A stretch of 64,000 bases of DNA from Octopus bimaculoides. Its lineage: Eukaryota. The notes under the pieces were generated by a model. That model was given only the letters and a program-made list of their open reading frames with translations. It was not told where the DNA came from and made no database searches. Both the position numbers and the translations under genes were made by a program. The stretch spans positions 42,271,523 through 42,335,522 of the forward strand of contig NC_068991.1 of NCBI RefSeq assembly GCF_001194135.2, read 5' to 3'. Every line of letters starts with the position of its first letter. The stretch's first letter is position 1. Shown piece after piece: positions 52,501-62,900 of this stretch.

Positions 52501-55500
52501 TTCCTTCAGCCCTGAATTCTAACGCCCTCCTATTGATGGGATGACAGTGGTGACCAAATTACTGCTCCTCTTCTCTTCCTCAGTTCCAGTTTTACAATCA
52601 CCAAAAGACTGCTTCTCTCCCAGCATACACACAGCAACCTTGTTCTCTCTTGGTCACTCTAATTCCATTGGCTGTAATCATTCTCCATAGTGACTGAGCA
52701 GGGAAAAACTCTCACTAAAAAACAATCAATGGAATGGTACTTTGGTTCAGGGTCGCAATACCTAATGTTCACTGGACACTGTCTGATGACATCAATTCCC
52801 TCTGTTAAGCTACAGTCACCAAAGATAAATAAAGGAGAAGCATTTTATTTTTATTATTTCCTTTGGGGTTGATGAAATAAAGTACTAGTCAAATATTGAT
52901 TTCAAATTTCGGCACAAGGCCAGCAATTTTGGGAGTGGGGATAAGTCGATTACATCAACTCCCGTGCTCAACTGGTGCTTATTTTATGTACCTTGAAACG
53001 ATGAAAGGCAAAGTCAACCTTGACAGAATTTGAGCTCAGAACATGGCACAGTAATACTTCTGCCAGCTCACTGTCTTAGCACCAGTCAAATATTGTAACC
53101 AATATAATTGACTAATTCTACCCATAACATTTCTGACCATGTTCATATGTCCATGCAAGAAATTATTCTATCTATTACAAATATGTTTTTAATTAATATC
53201 TTCATCTAATTATTTTCAGATGATACGCTTTCCAGTTTAGATGCTGAAGTAGTTAACAAATGGAGAAAATACTTCCAACTAAAGAAAGATTTCTATACAG
53301 CCTATGTAAGTATATCTCACATGTAAACTTGTAAATAGGTAGTTATAAGTGTATAGGGGATTTAAATTTAAATTACCTGAGATATAGGCTCATGCATGGC
53401 TGTGTGGTGAGAAGTTTGCTACCCAAACACATAGTCTTGGGTTCAGTCTTACTGTGTGGTACCGTGGGCAATGTCTTGTTACTATAAACCCAGGCCAGCC
53501 AAAGCCTTGCAGTTTATTTGGTAGACAGAAACTGAAAGAAGCCTATTGTGTGTGCATATCATTCAACCACAGTAGTGATTGAATATATTCTTAAGTCCAT
53601 CATTTCGTCAATTGCAGCAGCTTCCAAGCTTCACCACTAATTCAGTTCTCGAATAAATGGCAAACTGTTAATAGTTTTAAAAAGTAGACCTCCTCAGCTA
53701 CACTTTGGCATAACTAGTTTGAGATTTGGTTCAGCAGAAAAAAAGTTACATCAAAATATGTCAGACCTTAAGTGGCAGTAAGGCAGATATTCATCTTCAA
53801 TTAACATAATTTTTTAGTTTTAAATTAAAAGTATACTTTTTAAGGCTTGAATGATAGAAAAATGCATGAGGATTTCAGAATAGTTAGTCGCATTGAACAA
53901 AAATTAGTAGAAAAACAGTTATGAGGTAAAATTTTATGAAATTTAATGTCAGTAAGTGAGAGAGTAAGAAGTAACACCTAAGCAATAAGAATAAAGAATG
54001 TATTTCTGAAATGAATGTTTACATTCTAAGGCGGCGAGCTTGCAGAAATGGTAGTACGCTGGGTGAAATGCATAGCAGTATTTCGTCTGTCTTTGAGGTT
54101 TTGAGTTCAAATTTCACCGAGGTTGACTTTGACATACAGATTATTTGATTAATTTTTTCTTAACTAAACACTTTCAGACTTACGATACTGGTAGAATGTG
54201 TCACATAGAACAGGATTTACTCTTAACATTTTTGACAAAATTTTGTATTTTAGAAGTTATTTCGTCAGAAGTTACAGAGTGACAATGGCCAAATTTGTGT
54301 TTGATAAGTGCCAATACACGAAACTCTCAACTTTTGACCTACTCTCTAACTTCTGCCGATGATATATATACATATTACATGTAAAAGCACCCACTACACT
54401 CTCAGAGTGGTTGGCATTAGGAAGGGCATCCAGCTGTCAAAACTCTGCCAAATTAGATTGGAGCCTGGTGTAGCCATCTGGTTTGCCAGTCCTCAGTCAA
54501 ATTATCCAACCCATGCTAGCATGGAAAGCGGACGTTAAACAATGATGATGATGATGATGAAAAAAAAATCTCATCACGCAATCAAACCAACGAAAGACCC
54601 TCTACCTGGTCGCTTGACACACTAAAAATAGCAGCCAAAGTATCCCTCTACCTAATTCACACGCCCATTGTATGTAATGTCCTAGATTATCCCTAAAAAG
54701 ATGATTTGTTGAAGGCTGGAATGTCTTTGATGATAGGTTTGCAGTATCTAGGTTGATTTGAAGCTAAATAAAACAACATTATGGTAAATTTCTATATTAA
54801 CACTCGCACGATTTTCACTAAGAAAAAAACCAAAAAATCAAATTTTTTGCATGGAATCAAGTACCCTGACCTCCTAATATGCTGCAAATCCCTTATTTTG
54901 GTTCAGAAAAAATGAGGTGGGGGGCTTCCCCCCAATCCTGGAATCATTGGAATTTTTTTTTTTTTTGAATGAATTCTTGTGACCTCCTAATATTGAAAAA
55001 TTAAGTTACTTAAGGTGAGCCTGGTAACTGATGGTTTTGGGGTCTTGTTGTTTGTAACTTTTGGTAAGCCATGGTGCAACCAACATGGTAAAAATCCCTG
55101 CTATTAATTTGGTGGATGGGTGATATCAAATAATTTAATCACAACATATATTTAAATTAAACATGAAAAAAATTGAAATATTATCATCACTTATATGGAA
55201 AAATTGAAATATTATCTTACAGTATTTTATAAGGTAAAATCTTAAATTATTAATTGACACATTGTTAATTATCTTATAACAGCAATGCCTGGAAAAATTA
55301 TGGATTACATGGAAAATGCAAGCATGAAAAGTAATATTCTTAAGATTATACACCTGTAAAAGTATAGGACAAGCTATTACTTCTAGTAAAGTAAAGAATA
55401 AGAAACTTTTTACTTAAAATATTGCAGATAAAATTAAAATTTGAATATTAAAACTTATTTTATTATAGTTTCCAAATAACACTATACTTATTTAAGTAGA

Positions 55501-58500
55501 ATTTGGCTACCTTAAATACAGAAAAAAAGTGATGAATTAGACAAACTTACAAATTAGCAGAACAGTTTTGTACTATAAATTTAAAAGATGAGAACTATAA
55601 AGAGTGATAAATTAGAAGAACTGGCATTCTTTGCTGCAATATTTTAAGTAAAAAGTTTCTTATTCTTTACTTTACTAAAAGTAATAGCTTGTCCTATACT
55701 TATACAGGTGTAATAACTTGTCCAATATTTTTTCATGCTTATAATCTTAAGAATATTATTTTCATGCTCACATTTTTCCATGCAATATATATGTGTGTGT
55801 GTTATAGTCTTCTTGCCTTGACTTCATGTAATAGTTGTAAAGGACTGTCACCATCATATATGTGGTGTCCTTCATTTCCAATCTTCCATGAAAGCCTGTC
55901 TAGTCATGGGGAAATATTACTTTACTTGGAAACAGGTGAAAGTTGGTGACAGGAAGGACATCCAGCTACAGAAAATCTGCCTCAAATTCTCCATGCAAGC
56001 ATGGAAAAGTGGATATTAAAATAATGATAACCAGTATTTAAAATTTCATGTGTATTCCTTTATATCAAAAGAGAAAACTGCAATGCAAATTCATATAGTC
56101 CAAATTTCCTTTCATTGGTCTGCATAATGATAAAGGTTGCAGAGTACATATAGAGGAAAACATTTCAACTGGAGAGGTGGTCCATAGATTACTTAATTAT
56201 GTTATCACACATGTTCCAGCGAAGATCAAGGCCAAATTATGCAATTCAAGCATGGGTTGCATAATGTGGACATTATCTTCACTGAAACACATGTAAGACA
56301 ATAAAACAATTTAGGAACAAACTCCCCAGCTTTGTTGACAAACATTCACTTCCATATACTCCTTCGCACACAAACACACACTCTAATAGTTATCGCCAAG
56401 CTGACTGTCTGTTTGAAGGTTTATTTACCTATATTCAGTGGACACATCCACTGGTTTTCAAAAATAGAAATATTAATATTTCTAAATCTCTCTATGGGAG
56501 ACTATCCACTGAATGTAGGTAAATAAACCTTCGAACAGACAGTCAGCAGCGATGCCTGCTGGGTTCAGCTACTCCACATTGAGAAAGGGCAATCACCCTG
56601 AAACTAATTTGTAGATGTTGAACCAGCAAGGGGAAGCCGCTGACCTCCCCTGTTCGAAGGTTGTAATGGACATAGGTTTGTGTGTTACATAGCTAGCTAG
56701 AAACAATGGTCTCTTGGAGCTAATCAACAGCAGCATTTGTCCTATTTTCCTGGACTGCCATGTTAGCTTGGCGATAACTATTAATATCCAGTACTGCTGC
56801 CATAGTCTCCTTTCGAGAGATTTAGAAATATTAATAAATATATATATATATATATTTATCATCATCATGTTCAGTTAATGTTCATGTTTCATGCTGGCAT
56901 GACTTGAATTATTTGAAGGGATACATTAGGTCCATTCTATTTTGGCATAGTTTCTACTACTGAGTAGGCTTCCTAATATTAACTGCTTTACTGCATGTAC
57001 TGGGTGCTTTTTTGTGGTACCAGCAGTAATGAGGTCTCTGTGCAGCCTGAAAGAAGAAGATCCCCTTTGACTAAGTAGAGCTACAGTTGAGAGGAAGGCA
57101 GCTTTAACCTAGAAGATGAAAGGTTAAAGTGTGGGAGAAGAGGGCAGAACAGAACCAGTTTCTTTCTGCAGAGGAGCTATATTGCAACTCACATTATAGA
57201 AGAGTGGGTAGGAATGACTCAAGAGATGTTGGAAAACAGTACCAACATACATATATGAAGACTGGTGTTACAAACAGTTTATTTCAATTTCAAGCAACAA
57301 ACTACATCGTTTCCCCTTTGAAGTTTCCCCCTTGAGACTAATGCACTTTTCCATCCTTCTCTGCCATGCATCTGTGTGCTGCTGGAAGGATTCATCTGGG
57401 ATGCCCCTCAGCTCCATTGTTACAGCCCTCTTGGTGGTTTTCACGCTTACAAAATGGGTTCACTTGATGATTCCCTTGAGCTTGGAGAAAAGATAAAAAG
57501 TCATGTGAAGTAAGATCAGGTGAATAGGGAGGTTACTCCAGTACAGCAATGTTCTTCTTGACCAGAAACTGCCAGATGCTCAGGGTGCTGTGAACAGGTG
57601 CATTGTTGTGGTGAAGCAGTCAGAATTCATCCCACCACAACTCTCATTTCTTGCACACTGTGCAAAGCAAATGCTACAGGATCTCTTTGTAGACTTGCTC
57701 AATGTCGACCTGCTCCTGGAGTCATCTTCCACCTTCTTGCACCTCTCTTTGAACCTTTTGTGCCACTCAAAAGCGTGTGCACAACATTGTGTTATCTCCA
57801 TATACTTGCTGAAGTATTTCAAGTGCTTGTGATGGAGTTTTCCCCAACTGGACCAAAAATTTCAGGTTTATTTGTTGCTAGGTGTTCATTGTTCCTTCCT
57901 CAGTACTCATAGCTGAACAACCTGAAAAAGAGACGCAACCAAAAGCATGTGAAAAATATTCAATGGTTGCAGAAAGCTAAGGTTACCATTATATACTCCC
58001 TAGATATCATGTTAGATGATAACACAATCTACTTATCCCTCTTTCGCTCATAGCTCACAGCACACCCAGTCCTGTTACTTTTCAAACAGACCTCGTACAT
58101 ATATTTCTGTGTTGCATTTGTATATATAAGTACACACATACACATGCATACATGCATATTCACAGTGAAGGCACATGACTTAGTGGTTAGGGTACTTTGC
58201 TCACGACCATAAGGTCGTGAGTTCGATATCAGGCAGCGCGTTGTGAACTTCAGCAAGACAATTTATTCTCACATTGCTCCTGTCCACTTAGCTGGCAAAA
58301 ATGAGAAGTACTTGTATTTCAAAGGACCAGCCTTGTCACATTCTGTGTCATGTTGTTTCTGAGAAATATGTGTCTGTAGAGTGCTCAGTTACTTGCATGT
58401 TTAATTTCCATTAATTGGATCAGCTGGAACCTTCATCATCGTGATAATTGTAAATGAGTGTCTTTGTCATACATATAGTGTAATTCATTTCCAACATTCT

Positions 58501-59602
58501 GCTTGGAAAATAGGTACAGGTTGGTGACAGGAAAGGTATACATCCATAGAAAATCTACTTTGATTCTGTCTGACCCATGCAAATATGAAAAAGGGTCATT
58601 AAAAAACAGTGACAGCATTGATATATACTCACACATACATATATTTACACACACACACACACGTCTTTATACTCATATTTATATTTTCACATATGCATAT
58701 ATAGACACATGTAGAATTGACACTGAGATATGTAGCTATTAGTAACTAAGAACAGTTTAGTTCATGTGTGAAGATTCTAAAGATATATTCAGGTTTGAGC
58801 ACTGGGCTTGATGTAACTAACTTAGCTCTTCCTACAAAAGGGTTGGCCTTATGCAAAAATTTGAAACCAATATTCTTAAGAACACTAATGTAATGATAAT
58901 CTGGTTCTCTCTGCAAAATCTTTTCAAGAACTGCAGATGTTTACAACTAGGAAGTAAGAGTTAAAGTTGAAAAACTTTTGAGATAGCAGTAATATATATG
59001 AAACAGCCTCACTTGAGAGTTTGGATGAAATTATGCATAAATTCAATAGTGTGTAGACAATACAAACATTGATTTCAAATTTTGGCACAAGGCCAGCAAT
59101 TACAGGAAGGGGTGCGTCAATTACACGACCCAGTACTTAACTGGTACTTATTTTATCAACTCAGAAAGGATGAAAGGCAAAGTCAATCTCAGCAGAATTT
59201 GAACTCAGAACATGAAGACACAAAATGCCACTAAGCATTTCACCTGGTGTGCTAACGATTCTACCAGCTTGTCACCTTAAACAATACAAATATTGGCTGA
59301 ATAAAAAGCTCAGTGAGATGTCTGACAGACTGACAAGGAAACTGAATTTTAGATACCGAGTTATACTGATCTAAGGTCATTCTAATGAAAGTTTCATATG
59401 TGTATGTACATAGGTATATATGAATATACATATAATAATATGAAGAAATGAGACCCTTTACCTTACTAGCAAAATAAAAATTGTCTTTTTTGTTCTCATC
59501 ATCGAATATTTACCACATAGGCACATACCTATCATGGAGAAACACTGCTGGCTCAAGACAAATGTGGAGAAGCCATCAAATGCCTTCAGGAAGCAATGAA
59601 AT
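31392..59602 (+). CDS. BROX: BRO1 domain-containing protein BROX, 8 coding exons, 3' part beyond the window
   Basis: Exons 31392-31495, 44694-44894, 46490-46585, 47981-48053, 49119-49221, 51218-51307, 53220-53305 and 59521-59602 join in frame (835 nt) to [19 protein letters not shown]...[15 protein letters not shown]...FKWTNTLKG...[12 protein letters not shown]...[16 protein letters not shown]...[16 protein letters not shown]...KWRKY...[16 protein letters not shown]. This is collinear with remembered vertebrate BROX ([33 protein letters not shown]). Confidence 0.96.
32761..32954. repeat. Palindromic element, about 90-bp arms, about 14-nt loop
   Basis: 32761-32850 pairs with 32865-32954; mismatches are mostly C/T transitions at CpG. 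Confidence 0.88.
34200..34645 (+). mobile_element. Degenerate RTE reverse transcriptase fragment
   Basis: MKVTERVI...[40 protein letters not shown]; same family as 651-2792. Confidence 0.85.
35925..36310 (-). mobile_element. tRNA-derived SINE (family C), CpG-rich and apparently young
   Basis: Minus head GGAGGCGCAATGGCCCAGTGGTTAGGG...GGTTTCGATTCCC; tail ...GGAACCCTCGACGTCGTAAGCG. Related tails at about 58168-58445 and 61905-62225 (+); related head at about 40775. Confidence 0.7.
37190..38280 (+). mobile_element. Degenerate RTE fragment (AP endonuclease to start of RT)
   Basis: AGAFNGHVG (GDFNGHVG), GYGFG.R...G...LE.C...DL...NS.FKK...[13 protein letters not shown], later KAPGPSG; many stops. 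Confidence 0.75.
38455..38500 (-). ncRNA. Inverted copy of the PLE hammerhead with a core mutation (GAAA to AAAA)
   Basis: Reverse complement GACAC CTGACGA A GGCTG..CAGCC AAAAC GTT GTGTT; G12 is lost. Confidence 0.5.
39573..39618 (+). ncRNA. Minimal type I hammerhead ribozyme motif (PLE type)
   Basis: GACAC-CUGACGA-A-GGCUG(gagggtatat)CAGCC-GAAAC-GUU-GUGUU: catalytic core, 5-bp helix II, 5-bp helix I with one G-U pair, palindromic AACGUU in place of a closed helix III. Confidence 0.65.
41390..41690 (-). mobile_element. RTE RT fragment (antisense)
   Basis: Minus strand [18 protein letters not shown] (YADDL-like), degenerate. Confidence 0.55.
41740..42240 (-). mobile_element. R2/R4(Dong)-like non-LTR retrotransposon C-terminal relic
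   Basis: W..KSLHGKY...HQWL....[17 protein letters not shown], then [14 protein letters not shown]...HD.V, then ILWDF; these motifs precede the REL endonuclease in this superfamily. Confidence 0.7.
44694..44894 (+). CDS. BROX: BROX coding exon 2 (DLRMTR...KGKIP)
   Basis: 201 nt inside ORF 44614..44898; tttcag acceptor, GT|gtaagt donor. Confidence 0.95.
46490..46585 (+). CDS. BROX: BROX coding exon 3 (VQKDAIFE...LAARD)
   Basis: 96 nt; ttttttcag acceptor, AA|gtaagt donor. Confidence 0.95.
47346..47673 (+). repeat. 26-bp minisatellite (CATAAAAAGCACTGGTGATGGTGCCA), about 12.5 copies, inside an RTE 3' end
   Basis: Ten units of exactly 26 bp at 47401-47660, two degenerate units upstream and a partial unit downstream. 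Confidence 0.9.
47981..48053 (+). CDS. BROX: BROX coding exon 4 ([24 protein letters not shown])
   Basis: 73 nt; gctgcag acceptor, AAG|gtaagt donor. Confidence 0.95.
48774..48982. mobile_element. mariner-type MITE, second copy, nested in a SINE tail
   Basis: GAGGGAGTGCTGAAAAGTTCCT...AGGAACTTTTCAGCACACCCTTG; interior matches 14433-14649. Confidence 0.7.
49119..49221 (+). CDS. BROX: BROX coding exon 5 (NDLCARL...AEAQE)
   Basis: 103 nt; polypyrimidine tract then caaag acceptor, G|gtaaca donor. Confidence 0.93.
49465..49537. repeat. Long (TA)n microsatellite; one example of many (AT)n, (CA)n, (GAT)n, (AAT)n, (GTA)n and (CATA)n tracts
   Basis: Directly visible. Other examples: (GAT)n 2757-2795, (AAT)n 15547-15597, (GTA)n 17863-17905, (CATA)n 30950-31017. 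Confidence 0.95.
49537..50160 (+). mobile_element. Mariner relic, 5' TIR and transposase N-terminus
   Basis: TA-TGAGGTCTGATC TIR-like start; [14 protein letters not shown]....VYEWF..F...[12 protein letters not shown]...[10 protein letters not shown] (WVPxxL-like). Confidence 0.8.
51218..51307 (+). CDS. BROX: BROX coding exon 6 ([10 protein letters not shown]...YTKA)
   Basis: 90 nt; ttttacag acceptor, G|gtatgt donor. Confidence 0.95.
51701..52385 (+). mobile_element. Cluster of three family-A SINEs
   Basis: Heads TGGCAGAATxGTTAGCATG...GAGTTCAAATTCCAC at about 51701, 51955 and 52183, separated by (CTA)n runs. Confidence 0.8.
53220..53305 (+). CDS. BROX: BROX coding exon 7 (DTLSSL...FYTAY)
   Basis: 86 nt; ttttcag acceptor, TAT|gtaagt donor; KWRKY motif. 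Confidence 0.95.
55305..55786. repeat. Fold-back/MITE with about 120-150-bp inverted arms
   Basis: 55305-55427 versus 55634-55786 (right arm carries an extra about 30-bp segment); core CACCTGTAxAAGTATAGGACAAGCTATTAC. Confidence 0.8.
57250..58098 (-). mobile_element. Internally deleted mariner relic
   Basis: Right end AAACAGACCTCGTA (TIR); minus-strand FEWHKRFKE....EDDSRS and PPYSPDL-like, ending W..RMEKCI.L.G..F.GETM*. Confidence 0.8.
59521..59602 (+). CDS. BROX: BROX coding exon 8 ([27 protein letters not shown])
   Basis: 82 nt; cacatag acceptor, T|gtaagt donor; YHGETLL.DKCGEAI motif. Confidence 0.95.
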
Positions 59603-59644
59603 GTAAGTATATTTTGATCACACTGATTGGTGCCTTACTAAACT

Positions 59645-59968
59645 CTTGATCACTTCTTGAATGATGCTTGTTTCTTTGTCAACTTGCCATCTCCTATTGT
59701 TCTTCTTGGTCAGGAACTGCTGGATGCTCAGGGCATTGTGAGCCAAGTGCATTGTTGTGGTGAAGCAGCCACAATTCATCCTGCCACAACTCTAATTTCT
59801 TGCACACTGAGCAAAGCAAATGCCACAGGATCTCTTTGTAGACTTGCTGATTGATTGCTCAACATTGACCTATCCTGTTGCTGAAGGCCTCCTGCTCCTG
59901 GAGTCATCTTGCCATCTTCTGTTGTTCTTCTTGGCCAGGAACTGCCGGATGCTCAGGGCATTGTGTGA
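59645..59968 (-). mobile_element. Fragments of the same mariner family with an internal direct duplication
   Basis: High similarity to 57560-57720; CTTCTTGGxCAGGAACTGCxGGATGCTCAGGGCATTGTG occurs twice. Confidence 0.7.
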
Positions 59969-62900
59969 AGTGTTTTTCTACACTTAGTTTAACTTTCACA
60001 TAGGAACCCTTTTTACTTTTTAAACTTTGCTTTGATTTGTTTGATTTATTTGATACATATATTATCAATCAGACTCCAAAGGGGCTGGTGCTCATCTGAG
60101 TTGGCAAGACTTATATTATGTCGTAAAATCAAGAAAAAGAATACAGGGAACTTGCTGTGAGGAGTGGAAAGTACGTTTCAGACTGTATGCTTCTTCAGAG
60201 AAAATTTGAAAGGAGAGATATTAATGTACATCCTCCTACAGTTTCCTCAATAATTTCTCTCCTTTCAAATTTTCCATGATGCATTTTTCACCCCTCGTGG
60301 CAAGTTCACTATACTTTTTTTTATTGCTTTTATTGTGTAAATATATATGTGTGTGTGGTGGTTTCATATAGTTTACACTTCTCACTTGCAATGTTTTATC
60401 CATATATAACTCAACTGCAATGAGAAGTAATGCTTAGAGCAGAATTAATAGATATTATTGGCAGAAGTGTGGTATAAGCAAATCCAAAGATCCAGTTTTT
60501 TTTTATGTTACATCATCTTCATCATTACCTGTTATCTACAACTTGCACTTGTGTTAGGTACAACAAAGATGTGCCAAATTCCGTTCAATGATCAGTCTCC
60601 TAAGTCTAACAATAGTTGCAGTGCCACTGTCCTCCTTCAGGTTCTTAGTCATGGTTTTGGAAGGACATTCGTCCTCTCATGGGTTAGTTTCTCTCTAATG
60701 ACACCCAACTCTAAGGATCTCAGGTAGTTCCCAGTCAGCTATTTTGTTGGTCGACTAGAGGGAAGGTGGCCAAGAGTTGTTCATAAGTCAGTTTCTGCAC
60801 CCAGCTGATGCTGAAGGTCATCCAGAGCAATCAAATATCGCAGCATCAAGTAATGTAATCTTGCAACAGTGCAAATATGAATATCTTTGATGTAGTTATG
60901 TTGAAAAAAGAATTTGAGGAAATACACTGCAAACCTACTGGCTGAAAAATTGAAATGTTCATGTGTAGCTGTAGGCTTTGTAAAGACATTTAAGTTTTAA
61001 TGATATAGCTTTTGTAGTTGTAAATAGGAAATTACTGTGAGGCACAGTTGGTCTTAAGTAAGTAGTGCAGGTGTTACATAATTGGCAAATATTGTTTGCT
61101 TTAACACTTCTATTATGAACCCACCTAAGACTACCACTGATTCTTAGATACAAGCTTCTTGTTTATAAAATGATTTATGTTAAAACATTCCATCAAAATT
61201 TCATGTTAATTTATGCTTCATACATCAGCTTAATAATGATAAAGTTATTTCACTAAATACTTCTTCAATTTAAAAAAAAATTAATTAAAACAAAGGCAGT
61301 GTATTCCAATAGAAATATAGTAACAATATGATTAACTGCTGAGCTCAAATTTCCCAATGGGCCAGTAGAGAGTAATAGGAAACAGTTTCATTCAAGAGTA
61401 ATGACTTCTCTTATGAAGCCTTACCTAGCTCATCACTGATTGATCACTATCTGTGAATAGAATCCATATATTCTCTAACATCCCTCTGAATAGGAATTGC
61501 ACTTCTGACTTTGAGCTAATGAAACACTCAGAAGCTATACACTACTATTACTGCCTACACTCATCATCATCATCATCATCGTTTAATGTCCGCTTTCCAT
61601 GCTAGCATGGGTTGGACGATTTGACAGAGGACTGGTGAAACCGGATGACAACACCAGTCCCCAATCTGATTTGGCAGAGTTTCTACAGCTGGATGCCCTT
61701 CCTAACGCCAAACACTCAGAGAGTGTAGTGGGTGCTTTTACGTGTCACCCGCACAAAAGCCAGTCAGGCGGTACTGGCAGTGAACTTTACTAATGAGAGC
61801 AGAGTGTATTTTTCCAAAATATCAACTCTTCAACATTCAAGCCATTACTCCAGTATCTTGGCTGTCAGTGGCTAGTTAGGAAATTATTATAACTTATTTA
61901 ATGAAGGCATGTGGCTTAGTGATTAGGGTATTTAGCTCACTATTGTAAGGTTGTGAGTTCAATACTTGGCAGCGCAACATGTCCTTGAGCAAAACACTTT
62001 TCCATGGTCTCCAGCCCACTCAGTTGGCAAAAATCAGATATACCTATAATTCAAAAGGGCCAACCATGCCACATTTTGTGTCACACTGAATCTCCTTGAG
62101 AACTACAATAAGGGTACATGTATCTGTGGAGTGTTCAACCACTTGCATATTAATTTCACAAGCTGGCTGTTCTGTTGATTGGATCAACTGGAACGCTCAT
62201 CATCATAACCAATGGAGAGCCAAGCCATAACTTATTTAATACAATGTGATTAATATACCTTAACACTACTTATTAGAAACAGTAGTACATTAAGTACAGA
62301 AGTGCCTTGTGTTATTTGGTTTCAACCTTTTAAATTCCATGTTCAAACCCTTTACTGTTAGTAAAATAAGTACCAGGCATGAACTGGGTTTGATTCAAAT
62401 TTGAAGCCTTGTATCAATTTAAGAAATGAATATGATATAAAATCATATAACAAAATTAGTCATGGATGGGTAGATCTCCAATATTTAGCATTAAGGGTTC
62501 AGTTGTTCAGTCAACTTGCTTCTGAATTAAATGCAATTGGCTGAGTATTCCACAGCAATGTGTATGCTTAACATAATTGTCAGACAGGATCAGTGTGACA
62601 GCGCTGTACCTTTTGAAATACTGATACAATGCTGCTAGCAAGCCTCTATACAGTTTCCATCTACTCAGTTTTACTCACAAGGTAAGGATCAACCTGCTGT
62701 TATTGAAAATTGCATTTGCTTAAGATGTCACAGAGTAGGGATAAACCCAAGATTCCATGGTTACAAAGCAAACTTCTTAACTACATAGCTATACCGCACC
62801 TAAAATAAATTAGTATAGTGAAATTACATTAACTGTTTTAGTGCAAACAATGTTTGCACTAGCTTAGCTGGGGTCCGCGGGGCGGTAGGGGCGGGCCACC

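Noticed and set aside
52422-52810. 13-bp hairpin (52422-52452) and about 50-bp inverted match containing CTGATGAC
   Set aside because: CTGATGA is not followed by a helix II/GAAA arrangement; likely a small MITE remnant.
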